DNA of 64,000 nucleotides, from the NCBI RefSeq assembly GCF_009914755.1, contig NC_060942.1; one strand, 5' to 3'. The stretch comes from the human T2T-CHM13v2.0 reference genome, Homo sapiens. Under the pieces are notes generated by a model. It was not told the origin of the DNA, did not search any database, and was given only the letters and a program-made list of their open reading frames with translations. The translations under genes and the position numbers were made by a program. Positions 14,846-29,100 of the stretch are shown here, one piece after another; positions within the stretch are counted from its first letter, which is position 1; the number at the start of each line of letters is the position of its first letter.

Positions 14846-15464
14846 TGACTAATATAAAGTGCATATTAATAGACTTTGTTCAGACTATTATCCTCATAAT
14901 GTGCTTTTCTATTTCAAATTTCTTTGATTTTTCAAATTCATTACATCCTTCCAAAAGGTATTCTTTATTTGTCTGTCCTTAAATGAAATCATTTTGTAGG
15001 ATATATTATCAATTATGAAGGTGATGAACGGCTGCATTACTTTTCAAAGAGTAATACTTTATTACTCTTTACACTTGACAGCAGCTGTTTCAGCAAGCTG
15101 TCAAGTATAATATTTCCTCAAAAACCACTAAGGTCACGATTAGTCTTATCACGGCCCTAACAAGAACTCTTCCTTTGCGAGTGATGCAGTTAGTTGTCAA
15201 GTTCCATCATATGTTGTTTCTTCGTAATTAATTCAAGACAAATATCAAGTTGCAGGGAAGCTCATTTTAAATAGGATTCGAATCGTCTTGTGAGACTTAT
15301 TAATTGAAGTGTCAATGGTAGGCAAAACTGACTGTGTACCTGGTATTTCTCAACACATTTAAGTATCTCTTATAAAGAATATTATATTAGATGGAGAAAA
15401 TGTTATAAATATGTGCTTAATTAAAACCAAATAAGAGAAGAGCTTTTAAGAATATTAAGGAGTA

Positions 15465-15765
15465 GGCCGGGCGTGGTAGCTCACGCCTGTAATCCCAGCA
15501 CTTTGGGAGGCCGAGGCGGGCAGATCACGAGGTCAGGAGATCAAGACCATCCTGTCTAACACAGTGAAACCCCGTCTCTACTAAAAATACAAAAAATTAG
15601 CCAGGCGTGGTGGCGGGCGCCTGTAGTCCCAGCTACTCAGGAGGCTGAGGCAGGAGAATGGCATGAACCCAGAAGGCGGAGCTTGCTGTGAGAAGAGATC
15701 ACTGAGCACTCCAGCCTGGGTGACAGAGCGAGACTCCGTCTCAGAAAAAAAAAAAAAAAAAAAAA
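15465..15765 (+). mobile_element. AluY
   Basis: gatcacgaggtcaggagatcaagaccatcctg, gaatggcatgaacccagaaggcggagcttgc; long A tail; TSD aaggagta/aagaagta. Confidence 0.93.
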
Positions 15766-16028
15766 GAAGTAGGCTTATATCTTAAAACACCCAGATATTG
15801 CTGTGGACTTTGTACTTGCTCTTCCTGGGAATTTTTGATGGCTGCCTTCTTCTCAACTTTCAGGTACCATGACTCATTCTCATTCTTAATGAAATTGTCC
15901 AACCATCTTACCCAAAGTAGCATTCTTTTTTCCCATTATGCTCTATGACAAGACCCTATTTTCTTCATTATGGCAATTAATAAATATGCTTATTTATTCT
16001 TCTATTTTCTTCTAATTTTAATTTTAAT

Positions 16029-16152
16029 ATTTTTTTGAGACAGGCTTTTGCCATGTTGCCCATGCTGGTCTCAAACTCTTGGGCTCAAATCGTCTGCTCA
16101 TCTTGGCTTCCCAAAGTTCTGGGATTAGAAGCATGAGCCGCTGAGCCTGGCC
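16029..16152 (-). mobile_element. FLAM/Alu left monomer
   Basis: Single monomer ttttgagacagg...gggattagaagcatgagccgctgagcctggcc. Confidence 0.85.
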
Positions 16153-16549
16153 TATTCTTTTATTTTCTTCCCAAGCACCACTGCATGAAGGAATCAAGGA
16201 GGCATCATTGACCATTGCATTTAAAGGCCCTTAAGAGTGCCTAGCAGAGAGTAGATATTTTAGGATATTTGAATATTTTGATTTGATGCATATTTTGTAA
16301 AGTAATTTCAAAAAAAACTATTGACTGCTTTAAAAGTATTTTTGCAAAGAAAAATCTGTTACAAATTTTAAAAAATGGCAATTAGTAAATCAATTTTGGG
16401 TTCAGTCAATATTGCTTGTGAAATCTCCTGTTTGAAAACATCTCACACAATTTAAAGCAAAAGTGGTTTATTTTTGTACATTTATATATTCTCACTGCAT
16501 TCATCTTGTTTTTAACATGCTCAGTTAAGCCTGAAAAATAGGCAAAAGC

Positions 16550-17787
16550 AAATGTAGATCCAATTTTGTGAGTACTGAAGCTTATACTAATTCAGAGGTA
16601 GGGGGCCCTTTAAAAAAATAGGAAGTGTTAAGTGCAAGATCAGTCATAAAATAAATAGTTATTTAGATTGTGAATATATATAACAATAGATTAAAACTGA
16701 ATGCTAGCAAATATTACAAACATCAGAAAGTTCAGACTAATTAATACTTTTATTAATTAGCCCCCGACACATTACATAATAGTTTTCTCTCCTAATTTTT
16801 GGCTCAGTATTTTTTGAATGCATCCTCATTTGACAACAATTTTGTAATATTTTCTAGAGAGAATAGTAGGGTAATTCAGTATTTTCTATGGATACATTCG
16901 GCAATATTTAATTATTATTTATAATCCCTAACAATTCCCCCATCATTTTAAAATTCAAGTATATTTTATAATTTTTTTCAAATGAGAGAAAATTGCTAGA
17001 AATATTTTCAACATATGAGATGGAGGATTGCAGAGCACTTCCAGGTTCCTTCTGCAGTAGCTAATCTTACACATGCTTTAAATTGACAACAGTCATTGGC
17101 CAATTTGTACTGATGTCCTGGTTTCAGAGGTGTGAGTTTTATGTTGTCTTTGTTCATATCAGTATTTCACATTACATCAGCAAAAAATTTATTTTTCCAA
17201 CACGTTTATATGACTCAGTCCACTTCATTAATGGGATTATAACACAATACAAAAGCCTTTTAATTACTTGTGTTCAACATGTATCTCTTCTCTTACGTAA
17301 GTTACTGCTTTGGTGTAACTTGAAGTCATTTTTCATTACAATTAGCATCTTCATGTCAGAATTATTTCAACTTATTACTTTAATTTTGCATTCCATCAAT
17401 TTTAGCTTCATTTTCGCTCAGGTCTTTACTAAATAAATTTAATATTCACATGTAGTTTTAATTCAGGAATTTGCAGTTTCTTAATTTATTGAAACTTTTC
17501 AAAATGTATTTTTCCTCAAATTGTAGTTTTCCAGTCTATCTTCTTTCCCATGATGCCTAAGTCCAATCTATTAAATTCTAAACAAGGAAAAGTACAGCAA
17601 AAAAAAAAAAAAAAATGTAATGCAAAAAGCCAGCAATCTTAACTAATTTGAGTTTAAATATGCAATTTTTGATAATTAAAAAGATGCATATGACCATGTG
17701 AATACAGTGATAAGATTTATCTGTGGCATTGCAAGGACAAGGCTGTGAAGCTTAAGCTTAATTAGTTCTATGGTACATCAGTTTCAA
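16550..17787 (-). mobile_element. Arthur1-type hAT-Tip100 DNA transposon fossil
   Basis: Ends resemble Arthur1 termini: gatccaattttgtgagtactgaagcttatac...gggggccctttaaaa and catatgaccatgtgaatac...gaagcttaagcttaattagttctatggta. Confidence 0.7.
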
Positions 17788-19404
17788 GTAAAAGATGAAA
17801 ATGGTACTATACTCTCCCTCAGTCTATGTGCTTGATAGACAGGTGTATGCTTTCAATGCAAATCTTCAAAGAAGATTTAAAAACACATTTTATTTTTAAA
17901 CACCTGTAATTGTTTTATAAACAAATTGAAGGGAAACTTTTATGTAGCTCTTTGAAAATAATACTAATTTCTTAAAATATGTATTGAAAAATTTATATGT
18001 CTAAAAATGGACATTACTTTAAGAACAATAAAACCAAGTTTGAGAAAAGCTGGGCAAATTTTAAAGCAGACTATAAGCCCCTTGAATAAACTGATTTCAT
18101 TTATTTCTAATTCCTGTTGTCTAGAATGCAAATTAAACTCAGTAAATATTTGTGACTGTATACATAAATAAATTAATGAGCCTAAAAATTTGAAATAAGT
18201 ACCTAGAAATCAAATATTTAATGCAAAAGGATAAACACACCATGTAAATAAAAGGAAACTAGTCTCCTGATTAAGAAAAATTATAATGGAAAATATAATA
18301 TTTACATAGTAATGGTTGATTTATATTTAAACATTTCTTTCGGATAAGAGGATAATGATGAAAAAAGTTTGGCTGTTCAAAGTAAAGAGATCTAATTCTG
18401 GGACAAGGTAATTAGAGTGAGTAATGCAACTAATGTGCTATTAAAAGACTAATCAATGGCCAAAGGAGAGAGAAAAAGTTAACAATATCTCTGGTAAACT
18501 GAGGAATCTCAACAAGAAATGGCTTTACATTTTCCCAACTTCAATGCTTCTCTTCTTCTTAGCTTTATGAACCCACTTTCTTTGATGGTTCTTCCCAAAA
18601 TACTTAACTTTTTGGCCACAGGTACTATCATTATAATCCCATTCTTGTGTTTAAGACATAGTCATGTTGACTTTGAACTGACAATTTCAAAACTGGGTCA
18701 AGGGTCCTCTCATCTCTGCAGTGTAGGCTAAAGCCATGACTTTCATGAGTGTGAGTTGTTGTGCATGCATGTGGGCCTCCTGTGGTGGGGGAAGTTCAAA
18801 TTCCATCTTTCCCTTCCCCTTCTAAGCCCCAACTCCTCTATCATTGAAGGCAAAGGCAGGAAAGAAGAAGACAAAAAAGGCAATCATCTTACAGGTAAGG
18901 CGTGAACACAGCCTCATTCTGTTGGTTCTTGCTGCATCTTTGGTTAACCTAATAATGGGAGGGAAGGTGGAGTACAGTTACAATGTATTTCTTTGCTGAA
19001 AGTTTCATCTGCAAGTGGGAGAGCGATTCTATTACCTGCAGGATTAATTTGCAATGCTGATTGTCCACTGGAGATTTGTGGTCTTAAATTTCAAGCTAAT
19101 CTGTATGTTTTAATGTTTAATCCACTGGGTTCAGCTATTCAGCTTCAGGGAGAGCCTTGTCTCTAATCAGAGATGGAGTTTTACCAGGAGTATACAGAAA
19201 GAAGAAATTGTACGAAGTAGATGCAAATAGTTCATTAGGACTACTAAGTATGAAATCTAAGGGGCAGAAAAGAGGGATAGGATAGCCTTTGTAAGTTATT
19301 GGATTCAACAGACGGAGGTTCTATGGTTGCTGAGAAATTGTTGAAATTTGGGCCCTAAACATGGCATTTTGGAGTTTCTGCTTTTGAGCAGTGTTCTAGA
19401 ATCA

Positions 19405-19720
19405 TGCTAGAAATGCCACCCAGGGTCTAGCATCAACTGGATCACCTGGGAGCTTTTATAAGTATAAACTCTCAGTTGAATCAGGGTTTGCATCTTAGAA
19501 AGTTCTCCAGGTGATTCAAATGCACATTAAGCTTGAGAAACACTGGTCTAGAATAGTGGTTCTCAACACTAATTGCATATTAAAATCAACTGCAAAGCTT
19601 TTAAAATATTCCCAGTTCCATTGAAAATCAAGTGGGAAACTCTTGGGGTGGGGCTGAGGCATTGATATTTTTTAAAGCCCCAATTTGACCCTAATAGTGG
19701 ATGGTTACTAAAGAGTCATC
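19405..19720. mobile_element. Adjacent MER5A and MER5B (hAT-Charlie MITEs) joined at a TCTAGA target
   Basis: caggtgattcaaatgcacattaagcttgagaaacactg-gtctagaa-tagtggttctcaacact. Confidence 0.75.
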
Positions 19721-19749
19721 TAGGAACAGAGAGGCCATCTACATGGATT

Positions 19750-19950
19750 CTGAAGTTTCCAAGTTACCACCTCTTTCTCAGCTTCAGCCAGTTGCTGTCA
19801 TGTGGGAATACGAGTTGTCACAGATCAATTTTCAAAAAAAACCAATACATCTGGATTTCATAAGAAATACCTAGATTTTTAGATGTTAGTTAAATTTAAA
19901 AATTAAAAAAAAGTTCACTGGAGATTTCAAACAGTAGTTGGATTCAGACT
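19750..19950. mobile_element. MER103-like hAT fragment
   Basis: gttgctgtcatgtgggaat...atctggatttcataagaaatacctagatttttagatgttag. Confidence 0.5.
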
Positions 19951-21529
19951 TCAGGTTTGCATTTCAGAAATAATGTTAAGCCCTCAAGCTTTCAGACTCA
20001 AAAATTCTATTTTCTTAGCACACCAGAGCCATTCCCTTTCTTCAATTGTTGAGCCACATTAAGTAAGTTCATAATTATTTTAAAAGTAAATTTTAATGAG
20101 TAGAATCTCTGGGGATTTTACAGGGATCAAAACACTCACATTCGCATTATCATCGTCTTCCCTGTAGGCTGAGCTACATGGGTACAAAATAATCAGAGGT
20201 CATCAGGGAAATGTCATAGAAAACATTAAATTAGATGAATCCAGAGAAAATCTTCTCCTTATATCTTTATTAAATGAAAAACTGTTCTCTGCAGTACAAA
20301 AATACTTAAAAGTCTTTATGTTAATTCTTCCCATTCAGAGTATGTGAAAACCACATACATTATTTGGTCCATTTTTTTCTTCTTTCTATATTATCTTTTC
20401 TGAATAAAGTCTCCCTTGATATTAGACACATTGGGTTTTTTTGTTGTTTTTCTTACATTAATAAAATCAATTAAATTTACTTCAAGGACTGTGAACATGG
20501 TAACCATTTTCTTTTATACAGTGATTTTCAATAACTGTTCTAATCCATTATTCTGTGCAAACATCCTCTTTATTAAAATTGTTTTAATTATCCATAAGCT
20601 ATGGAAAATGTAACCATTTGGATTTGTAGGTAATAAGCTGGGCAATGACAATGAGAAGCAGTTCATTCAGATGACAAGCAGTTCATCGAGATAAAGCTGT
20701 TATCAGTAACTAGTGCCTCTGTGAGAGCTACCCCAGTTCATGCCCTCAGTTACTCTGTAGGAGCTTTCTCCCCCACTCTACATCCACATTCGCACACACC
20801 ACCCACCTCTCCATCGCCTTCCAAATTTAGGGTTACAGGTTTCCTAAGTATTGCAATATGGTCTGTGCAGAGTATTGAGACAGGGGCCAAACCCAATGGG
20901 AGGGATGACTACTGAGACACTGGCAAGGATAAACCAGCATGGGCTCTGAGTGCAGGAATGGAAGGATCCCATTCACATGAGGGATGAAGTTAACCAGGCT
21001 GTTCAGAGGACTTGGATTCAATGATTTTAGACCTTCACTCAATGACCAGTTTCTTGATCCACCAACTCAACATTTCCCAGGAAACCTCTCCCTCACCTAT
21101 CCCCTTTGCAATCTGCCTTATAATTCTTAACATAAAGCTTTTTTATCCAATATACAAAAGCTGAAGGATGGAGGGTGGGAAAGCTAATTTACTTTACAAT
21201 AGATCTGGAAGGAGTAGGGACCAAAATTATTGCAGCTAAAACTCTAGATCCTCTTTCCTTGAGAGTAAAGAGGGCTCTATTTTCAAAAACTACGAGCAAA
21301 GGAAAACGACTCCTTTACTTTTTGGAATGGAGGCGTCATAGACCCTTTGAGAAGGCTGAGTTCTTTCAAGAATGGAAAGACATGAACGGGGGAAAGAGTT
21401 ATTTCCACATTAACTGAAATTGAATATTCTTATTTTACATTTAAGTAAATATGAATACTATATATATGTATGTTTTGGGTAGCAAAATTGTGTTACACAC
21501 ATTATATTTGGGACTAGAGTTAAACAGAA

Positions 21530-24060
21530 TATGGTTTATCCTTTCCAATGGTTTAGAGACCAGTGGAGACATAAATGTGGTCAGAGAAAAGTACAAATTC
21601 CAGGAAGAAATGATTAATACCAAATGCCACAAAGATGTCAAATAAAGTGAAGATTTAAAATGATCTACAAAGTTTTAAGTCAGAAGGTCAGTATGATTTT
21701 TCTGTGGTGATGATGACTAAAGCCACTTTGCTGTGGCTAGAAGAATTAATAGGGAGGTAAGAATTTGGAAATCAGAATTACAGATTATACTTTCAGGAAG
21801 CAAAACAGAAAGAAATGAAAAGAATGCAGCTAACAATGGGACAGGAAGACAATGAATGTTTGAAGGAAAATTTATTTTCTTAACTTTATAGTTATTGAAC
21901 CAATAGGGATAGATAAGTTAGAAATAACAAAAATAAATTGTACAATTAGTGGAAAAAAGTGACAAACAGGCAATGGATTGAATTCAGGAAATCAGTGAGG
22001 GGATTAATCTTATGTAGGAGATTGGGTAGTGCTTCCTCTGAGAAAAGGAGAAAGGTAAGGCTGGGTTGGAATGCAGGTAATTTCTCTGGACACAGAACAT
22101 TCAACCAAGAGGCTGTTATTGCCTCTATGAGAGAAGGCACTTTACCTCTTTAGCTACCACCCTGACATAAGCCATCATCACCTCTCACCTGGACTATTGC
22201 AATTGTCTCATACCAACCTACTCACTTTTAACCTCATCTCCTCTCACACATTTCTCATTGCCACACCCAGAGTAATATTACAATTTACTTTTGGTCATAT
22301 TACTCACCCTGAACAAAACCCTCCAGATACTTGACATAAATGCCACAATACTCATGGTGACCTATTTGATTAGCCAATGTTCAGCCCCACACCCACCCTT
22401 GCTCTCAAATTCCCTGACTCATCTACATCTCTCTCTCTGGATCTCTGGCTTCAGCCACAATGGCCTTTCCGAAGGCCACTATGTGTGCTCCAGTATTGCT
22501 CAGAACTTTCCATTTGATGTTCCCGTAAACAGGAAGGCTCTTCCCAAGAAGCCATGCTCAGCTTCTTCACTTCCTTCAGATGCTACAACACAGTGAGACC
22601 TTTTCAAGTGAAGATCCTAAAAATTTCACAATGTTCCCCTCTTGACATTTTTTATCCCCATTTCCTGAATCCCATTTTCGATTCAGACTGACCACTTGAA
22701 TTCCGTACCATTGTCTGACTCCATCAGGAGAGAGTACTGATTTTAATCTGCTATTCACTGCTTCATTCTCAACTCCTAAACTGGCGATTGACGTAGTAGA
22801 TACTCAATGCGCATTTACTCAATAAATTGTAATAAGTAATTGAGCACTGAGTCCATTGGGGACAAGTTAAAGGCCATCTAAGAAGTACTGATGGTCATTT
22901 TAGGCTAAAAATTGATTTGGTTAAAAATGGACATATTAGGTTAGAACATTTTTCAAGGAAGACACAACAAGTTCAAGGCTCCAGAGTTGACAGTAAAGGA
23001 CATATATGGATTGCCATGTGTAAATCAGCACTGCTCAACAGAAATATAATGCAAACAACAAATGCAAGCCACATGTGTAATTTTACATGTTCTAGTAACC
23101 ATGTAAAAATAGATTTAAAAAAAGAGAAAAGGTAATGTTAACTTAAAAATTATATTCTATATGCTATTGATTTCAATTATCCAAAATTTTATTTCAACAT
23201 AAATATTATAAATATTTATTATAAAATATTTATTTTTATACAATCTTTATTATAATAAATTCCTATTATAAAGTATTACTAATTTGATCTTATATTTTTC
23301 CATACCAAATCATCAAACTCTACTGCATTTTTCACACATTTAACAAACATTACTTGTACTCAGTAGACCATGTGGATAGTGGCTACCATCTCAGACAGTG
23401 TAAATTTGGATAAATGTAGAGTTGAAAATGGCTTGGTTCTGACTGAAAGATATTGAGGAAATTGAGTGTGAAAATAAGACATTTGTTGAAATAATATAAC
23501 AAGAAGTCAGTTGCATCAGTAGGAGAAATGAATATGAGGAAAGTAGATTGCGGACAGAGTTCTAAATTATGTCAAAGGACAAATTCAGTGGAATTATGAG
23601 AGTGTAACATCTTAAAGAAAGGGTTTTGTGATCAGAGATTGCATGAAACGTGAGATGGCAATGAAGGTTGTTACAGTTAAACACTTTAATTGGGCAGCAG
23701 CAGCAGTTTAGAAAAAGGGCAGTTGGGCAAGGAGACTGAAGCCAATGTTCTCAGAGAATGTGAGTGACAGGTCAATAAATGACAGCAATGAAGTCCAGAT
23801 GGTGATAGCTGGAATGCCTGACACCAAAAAGAGAAGACCTTAGCACAAGGGTGAAATAATGGATCTTTTAATACATTTAATGTGGGCTCTAGAGATGGCT
23901 AAGAAAAGTCATCAACATGGGGAGGGGAGAATGATGAGAAAGAGGTCAGAGGGCAATAATAGGAAACATATTTGAATGGAAAATAGGCTGCTGGAACAGC
24001 AAAGGGAAGCTCATGTTTTCCCAGTTAAAAGAGCAAAACATACCTATTGAGGATCCAGTT
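21530..24060. mobile_element. L2 fragments: minus-strand L2 containing a plus-strand L2 (~22130-22830)
   Basis: gccatcatcacctctcacctggactattgcaa...gtagatactcaatgcgcatttactcaataaa (plus) flanked by purine-rich minus-strand L2. Confidence 0.6.
23026..23402. mobile_element. MER33 (hAT-Charlie)
   Basis: cagcactgctcaacagaaatataatgcaa...gcaagccacatgtgtaatttta...catgtggatagtggctaccatctcagacagtg. Confidence 0.8.
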
Positions 24061-24914
24061 AAATCAGAAGATGTGTCCTGGCTATAAAGCAGAATTTTTC
24101 TTCAAGTAAGCTAGCATAGACACACTACCCTAATCTTCTAACATCATATGGCTCATCCTGAGGGACCCAGATAATAGTTCTTTGTTAGCCAAGATAAACT
24201 GCTTAAATCTAAGAAGTGATATCAAGGCAACTCCTTCTGATAATTCACAGTATATTCACTATTCCTGATGGCCCTTCTATATTAATGAATTCAGAAGCTT
24301 CTTTAGAAGGGTGAAGAAGGAAATAAAGGAGGCCCTAACTGAGTCCTGGGTCTCAAAAGAATGTATCTGAGACTTTGTAAAATAAATCTTAAAAACTTAA
24401 AGAAAGGAATAAAGTCAGTATTCATGTGAAAATATATTATTTAGCCCAATAAAGACTGAACTAGTCGCACAAATACTCCTAAACAATTCATTAAACTTTG
24501 GCATTATTTAGTATTCATTCAACAAATATTTAGTGGATTTTAGCATACTACAAAGTTCTTAAGATAAAGCAATGGAAAAGTTAATCTTTCTTGAAGAGTT
24601 TCAAATTAAAACAGGAGGCTGAAAATCAGCTAAGAAATTATAATAGGATATGGAGGGGCTTTTATGCACTATCTTAACTTGTGGATGGGAGATTTGTAGA
24701 AATACAACATCATCTCATGCAACATACAGTCATTCACCAAGTAACTGACACATCATAGAGTTTATAGAGCATGAGAACACAGAAGAGAAAACCATGTAAC
24801 ACACCATTGCAGCACAACCATAATGTTCCCTAGACCCCCTCTTCACTTATTCACACACTCTCTGAAAATCCGAGTTTTTCTATTTCTCTCTGCAAGACAG
24901 TTATAACTTAACAG

Positions 24915-25097
24915 AAGTAGTTCTCAAGCTTGGCTGCACATTACAATGACTTGCGTAACTTTTACAAAAGACCTTTGCAGAGGTCACACCCCAGGCCAGT
25001 TAAATCTGAGTCTCTTGGGATGAGATTCCTGCATCAGTCTTTTTTTTTACAGTTTCCCGGGTGGTTCCACATGCAGACAGGTTGTGCACCACTGCCT
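24915..25097. mobile_element. MER5A/B MITE
   Basis: agtagttctcaagcttggctgcacattacaatgac...caggttgtgcaccactgcctaga. Confidence 0.8.
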
Positions 25098-25578
25098 AGA
25101 ACATTCAGTAAACCCAAACTCGGCCTAATTCAAAACATGACTTCTTGGCCTCAAGCATGACCTCTTTAAAGAGCTTAAATTATGGCTTTTCTCATGCAAT
25201 CCAGGTCAAATTCTGTAGTGTTCTGAAGGCAATTAACTAAGAAAGAGAATCTTAGAGATTTCAGACTGGGAAGGATCAAGGATAGTCCCACAGTTTCTGG
25301 CATGAATCGGTGGTAAAAGCTGTAGCATTAATTGAGATAAGGAATCCAGGGAGGGAAGTAAATTTAGGAGCAACGGAGAAAGTTCAGAAGTTTGGCAGAT
25401 TTCGGTTGCCTACATCTGACAGCAGCTAATTACATATAGCCTATATTATGTTTCTAATAACTAAGGGTCACTGGAGTACTTAACATGAATGAAATCAGGT
25501 TGTTTTAGAAACCAAGTTTTTTTGTAAGAGAATAAAATTAATTACATAATCTTGCAAATGAAAGCAGAGTCCACGTGC

Positions 25579-26107
25579 TGATGTTAAAGAAAAAAAAAAG
25601 ATATTCATCACACTTGTTAAGGATGGTAAGGCAGATTTTATCCAAGGTGACCATTGCCATCGGTAAATGCAGTCTTGCATTGGGAAAGAGAGATTGGACT
25701 CAACTCTGATTCCAACAAGGACAAGTGGAGATTTTTAACCAAGAAGCAGGGTGGGTGTCAATGGATAGAAAATTGCTAAGAGAAAACATCAGGGATAAGG
25801 GGTTTCTGGCTAACCTGACTTGATGGGATTATTGCTGAAGGTAAGCCAGGGTAATCAGCCATCCAGGCTTGTCCAATGCTGTACCAACAGAGGGTGAGGA
25901 TGAATTTTAATAAACTGACTTGCACAATTCTTACTCAAACTGGATTCTACAAGGACACAGAGGGAAGCCCAAGGTTGGGCCTCGCCAAGCAGAAGAAGAC
26001 TCTGAGGAGCCTGACACAGAGGGAAGCCCAAGGTTGGGCCTCGCCAAGCAGAAGAAGACTCTGAGGAGCCTGACTAAAGTTTTGTTCAAAGGAGAGAGTC
26101 TTCGTCA
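25579..26107 (-). mobile_element. MER31-like ERV1 solo LTR
   Basis: tgttaaagaaaaaaaaaagatattcatcacacttgttaaggatggtaaggcagatt...gaggagcctgactaaagttttgttcaaaggagagagtcttcgtca. Confidence 0.75.
25954..26074 (+). repeat. Perfect 59-bp tandem duplication (2 copies + gac)
   Basis: gacacagagggaagcccaaggttgggcctcgccaagcagaagaagactctgaggagcct at 25954 and 26013, identical. Confidence 0.97.
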
Positions 26108-29100
26108 ATGCTAAGGAAGAATCATCATATCTAATGGGGGAAAGTGTTTCTAAATAATAATATTCAAATTAAGAGAATATTACATAGTGTTATACTCAAT
26201 TTGGTGAAGATATTAAGTCTCGATTGTGAAATCATGTTATCTTTTAAAATATATCGATGTCTTACGTTGAACCCTACCTTTTAACCATTGACTCTTCAAA
26301 TCTCAGTAGTGTTCTGCAAAGAATAATGTATCTCTTAAGCATATCTGCATGGGTGCTTTAAACAAAGGCAAAATAAAAGTAATTACTATTTTGTAATTGA
26401 AGAGGTCTGAATGAGTACAGCCTTTCAATCAGGGTCTTGCCAATATTCAACAACATAGAGTATTTTCCTCCCACTATAATTCTATGTACATTTCTTTATA
26501 ATTTCACAAGATGTCTTATGATTTCCACCATTTTTACATGCCCTTAATGCTGTTCTTACCAATAAAGGTGTAAAAAATAAAAAATACATTCTTCAGCTTC
26601 TATTCATTTAATATTTTATCCCCAGGATATAAGTATAGTTGCATGAGTTTGGTTTTAACAAATAATGCATGTGTCATAACTTATAATTCTTTCTTGACTT
26701 TGGTTAGATATTAAAATAGGAGAAATGACACATTCAGAGCCCTTTTACCTTTCATACCAGGCTTACAATATTCTCCAAGAAGATGAATGACTGGATTACA
26801 TTTTGGGTATTAAAGTGAGGCTTACTACGCTGTTCAACAAAAGTGCGTTTAATAGCATTTTCATTATATTCAAATCATTTCCAGAGTTACACACTTAAAA
26901 AGTAAATGAAGTGTAGTCCTGTAGAGAATTACTCCTGTGTGAATTCAGGCAAAGTAAGAATAGTATATTATTCTTAATAGAAAATCCTAAATATATATTT
27001 GAGCTATAAATACATGTAAAAATAAATGATATGTTTTCCAAGGATATTTTACTGTGAAGTTAAAGGTGGTTAAGGCAAAAAGTCATTAAAAAAACTTAGA
27101 AAAATATATTCTGGAAAATGAGTGGCATGCTGTTCAGTTTCTACAGCCTTATTATAGCCTATCCCCCAAATTCTTCCATTTCATCCATGAAACACCCAAC
27201 TTTTGCATGTCTTGATGTTCATAAGCTGAGTGGTGACATTTCTTCTACTCCTCTTGAAAGACATGAGTCCTTTCTGTTGCCATCAAAAACTCCATATATA
27301 CTTGCATACCTGATTTTTTCTCTTACCGCTTTTCCTGTTCTTTGGGATTACATAAAATACTTCCATATAATTATGCCATAACAAACCTGATATAAACAGG
27401 TAACATAAGAAGATAATAAGAGAGAAAGGTAATTATATTTGTTTTACTATCTGCATAATATAACATTTATTATGAAAAGATGATGATATAAAAGGGCGAT
27501 TAATTTCGTATAGATAAATATAGGCATTACCAAAAGTTTACTTAAAATTAACGAATAACATATTTTTTCCAATTTAAAAATTTCTTTTATTCACTCAGTA
27601 AAATAAATACAAGGATTAATGAAAAACTTTTTACTCTACTACTTAATACTCATTGACAAATTGTATTCCATATTATTCTTTCAATTTTTTCTGCTCTGAT
27701 TTATAGCAGGATATTCGTAAGTAAATTTAAATTCATCCAGGATTTGATACTTCAGTTTTATCATTCTTGCTTTCTGCATCAGTCATGTGAACCTATATTG
27801 AAAGAAATTAGACGAGACCAAACAGAAATGAGGCTGTTGGTCAGAAAATAAAATAAACTAAAAAAAGATTTGAAAATATGGTTCACAACATTATTCTTTA
27901 TATCAGCAATGCTTTCCACTACAAGCTGTTTATAACTATACAACTGGCAAGACCATTTGAAATGTGTTTTTAAAAGCTGAGTCTCTTAAGAAAGTTCATT
28001 ATATTCTTTTATTTTGGAAATTATTATAGTGTTGAGGCTCATCTATATGGTGGTAAACAGCCATCTAATTGTAGTAAAATAGTACCTACATGATATATTA
28101 GCATTTTAAAAACCCATTGGAATTAAGTTGTATTTAAAAGTTTTCAGTCAAAAAAATTTAACAAATGCATCATGTAAAATAACTTCAGCTTTATCTTAGC
28201 TTTTTTCAAAACAAATTAAATAATTTAATTAAATTTGTATAAAATATTATATTTCTGTGGTATGAATTTCAAGTGATTGTGACATAGCTGTATTTTTAAA
28301 AGAATCTTTCTTAATATCCTTTAATACCATTTTCAGTATTATTTATTACTTTTTTGTTTATCCTTACAGTTTTCTATTTTGATCATATATAGTATTTTGG
28401 TTATATTTGATTTGAAAAATATGAACTGTTATAATATCAAACTAGTAATTATTTTAAGCTAATAAATGTGAATGAACACCATTAACAATAAACTTTAATT
28501 TTACTGTGAAAATAGTATAATTTTGACAATTAGTGTTTTAGGTAATTTTATTAATATTTGGTTTGAGATTGGTATTGCATATGTTTTTAATGAGACTGTT
28601 ATGAGCAACTTTGAAGAATTCTTCAGAATTAAAAATACTTAAATATGAATGTGTCATATATATTGGCATTTTTAGATTATGAATTTATGGATTTTCTTTT
28701 AGGATTAGTTAGAAACAGTGAAAGAAAATCTTTTGAGTCTAGTTATAATGGTTTTATGAAATATACACTAAGACATGCCTTTGTAGTAAAGAAAATATTC
28801 TACTAAATTTCTTTTAAAAGCTTCAATCACTAAATCTCTTTTCTCAATTGTATGACACTAAAATTCAATTCTATATTAAATAATGCTATATCAAATTTCT
28901 ATTGCATATGTAGCAGTAGCTGAAAAAGTATAACATTAAAATAACTGAAAAATAGTATTTTATCAAAAAACGATGTGAATTTTTAAAACACACTATTAAA
29001 AAATGTGTCAGCCTATTAATACAAAGTGAATACAATTACTGAGATGATTTATCATGCAACATTAGGTACATTTGAATATTAAAAGTATCTATGTGCTTCT

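Noticed and set aside
19533-19566. Palindrome centred on TCTAGA
   Set aside because: Explained by two MER5 TIRs abutting across an 8-bp hAT target site
25876-26114. ORFs with an internal peptide repeat (EGSPRLGLAKQKKTLRSLT)
   Set aside because: By-product of the 59-bp duplication in an LTR; the period is not a multiple of 3
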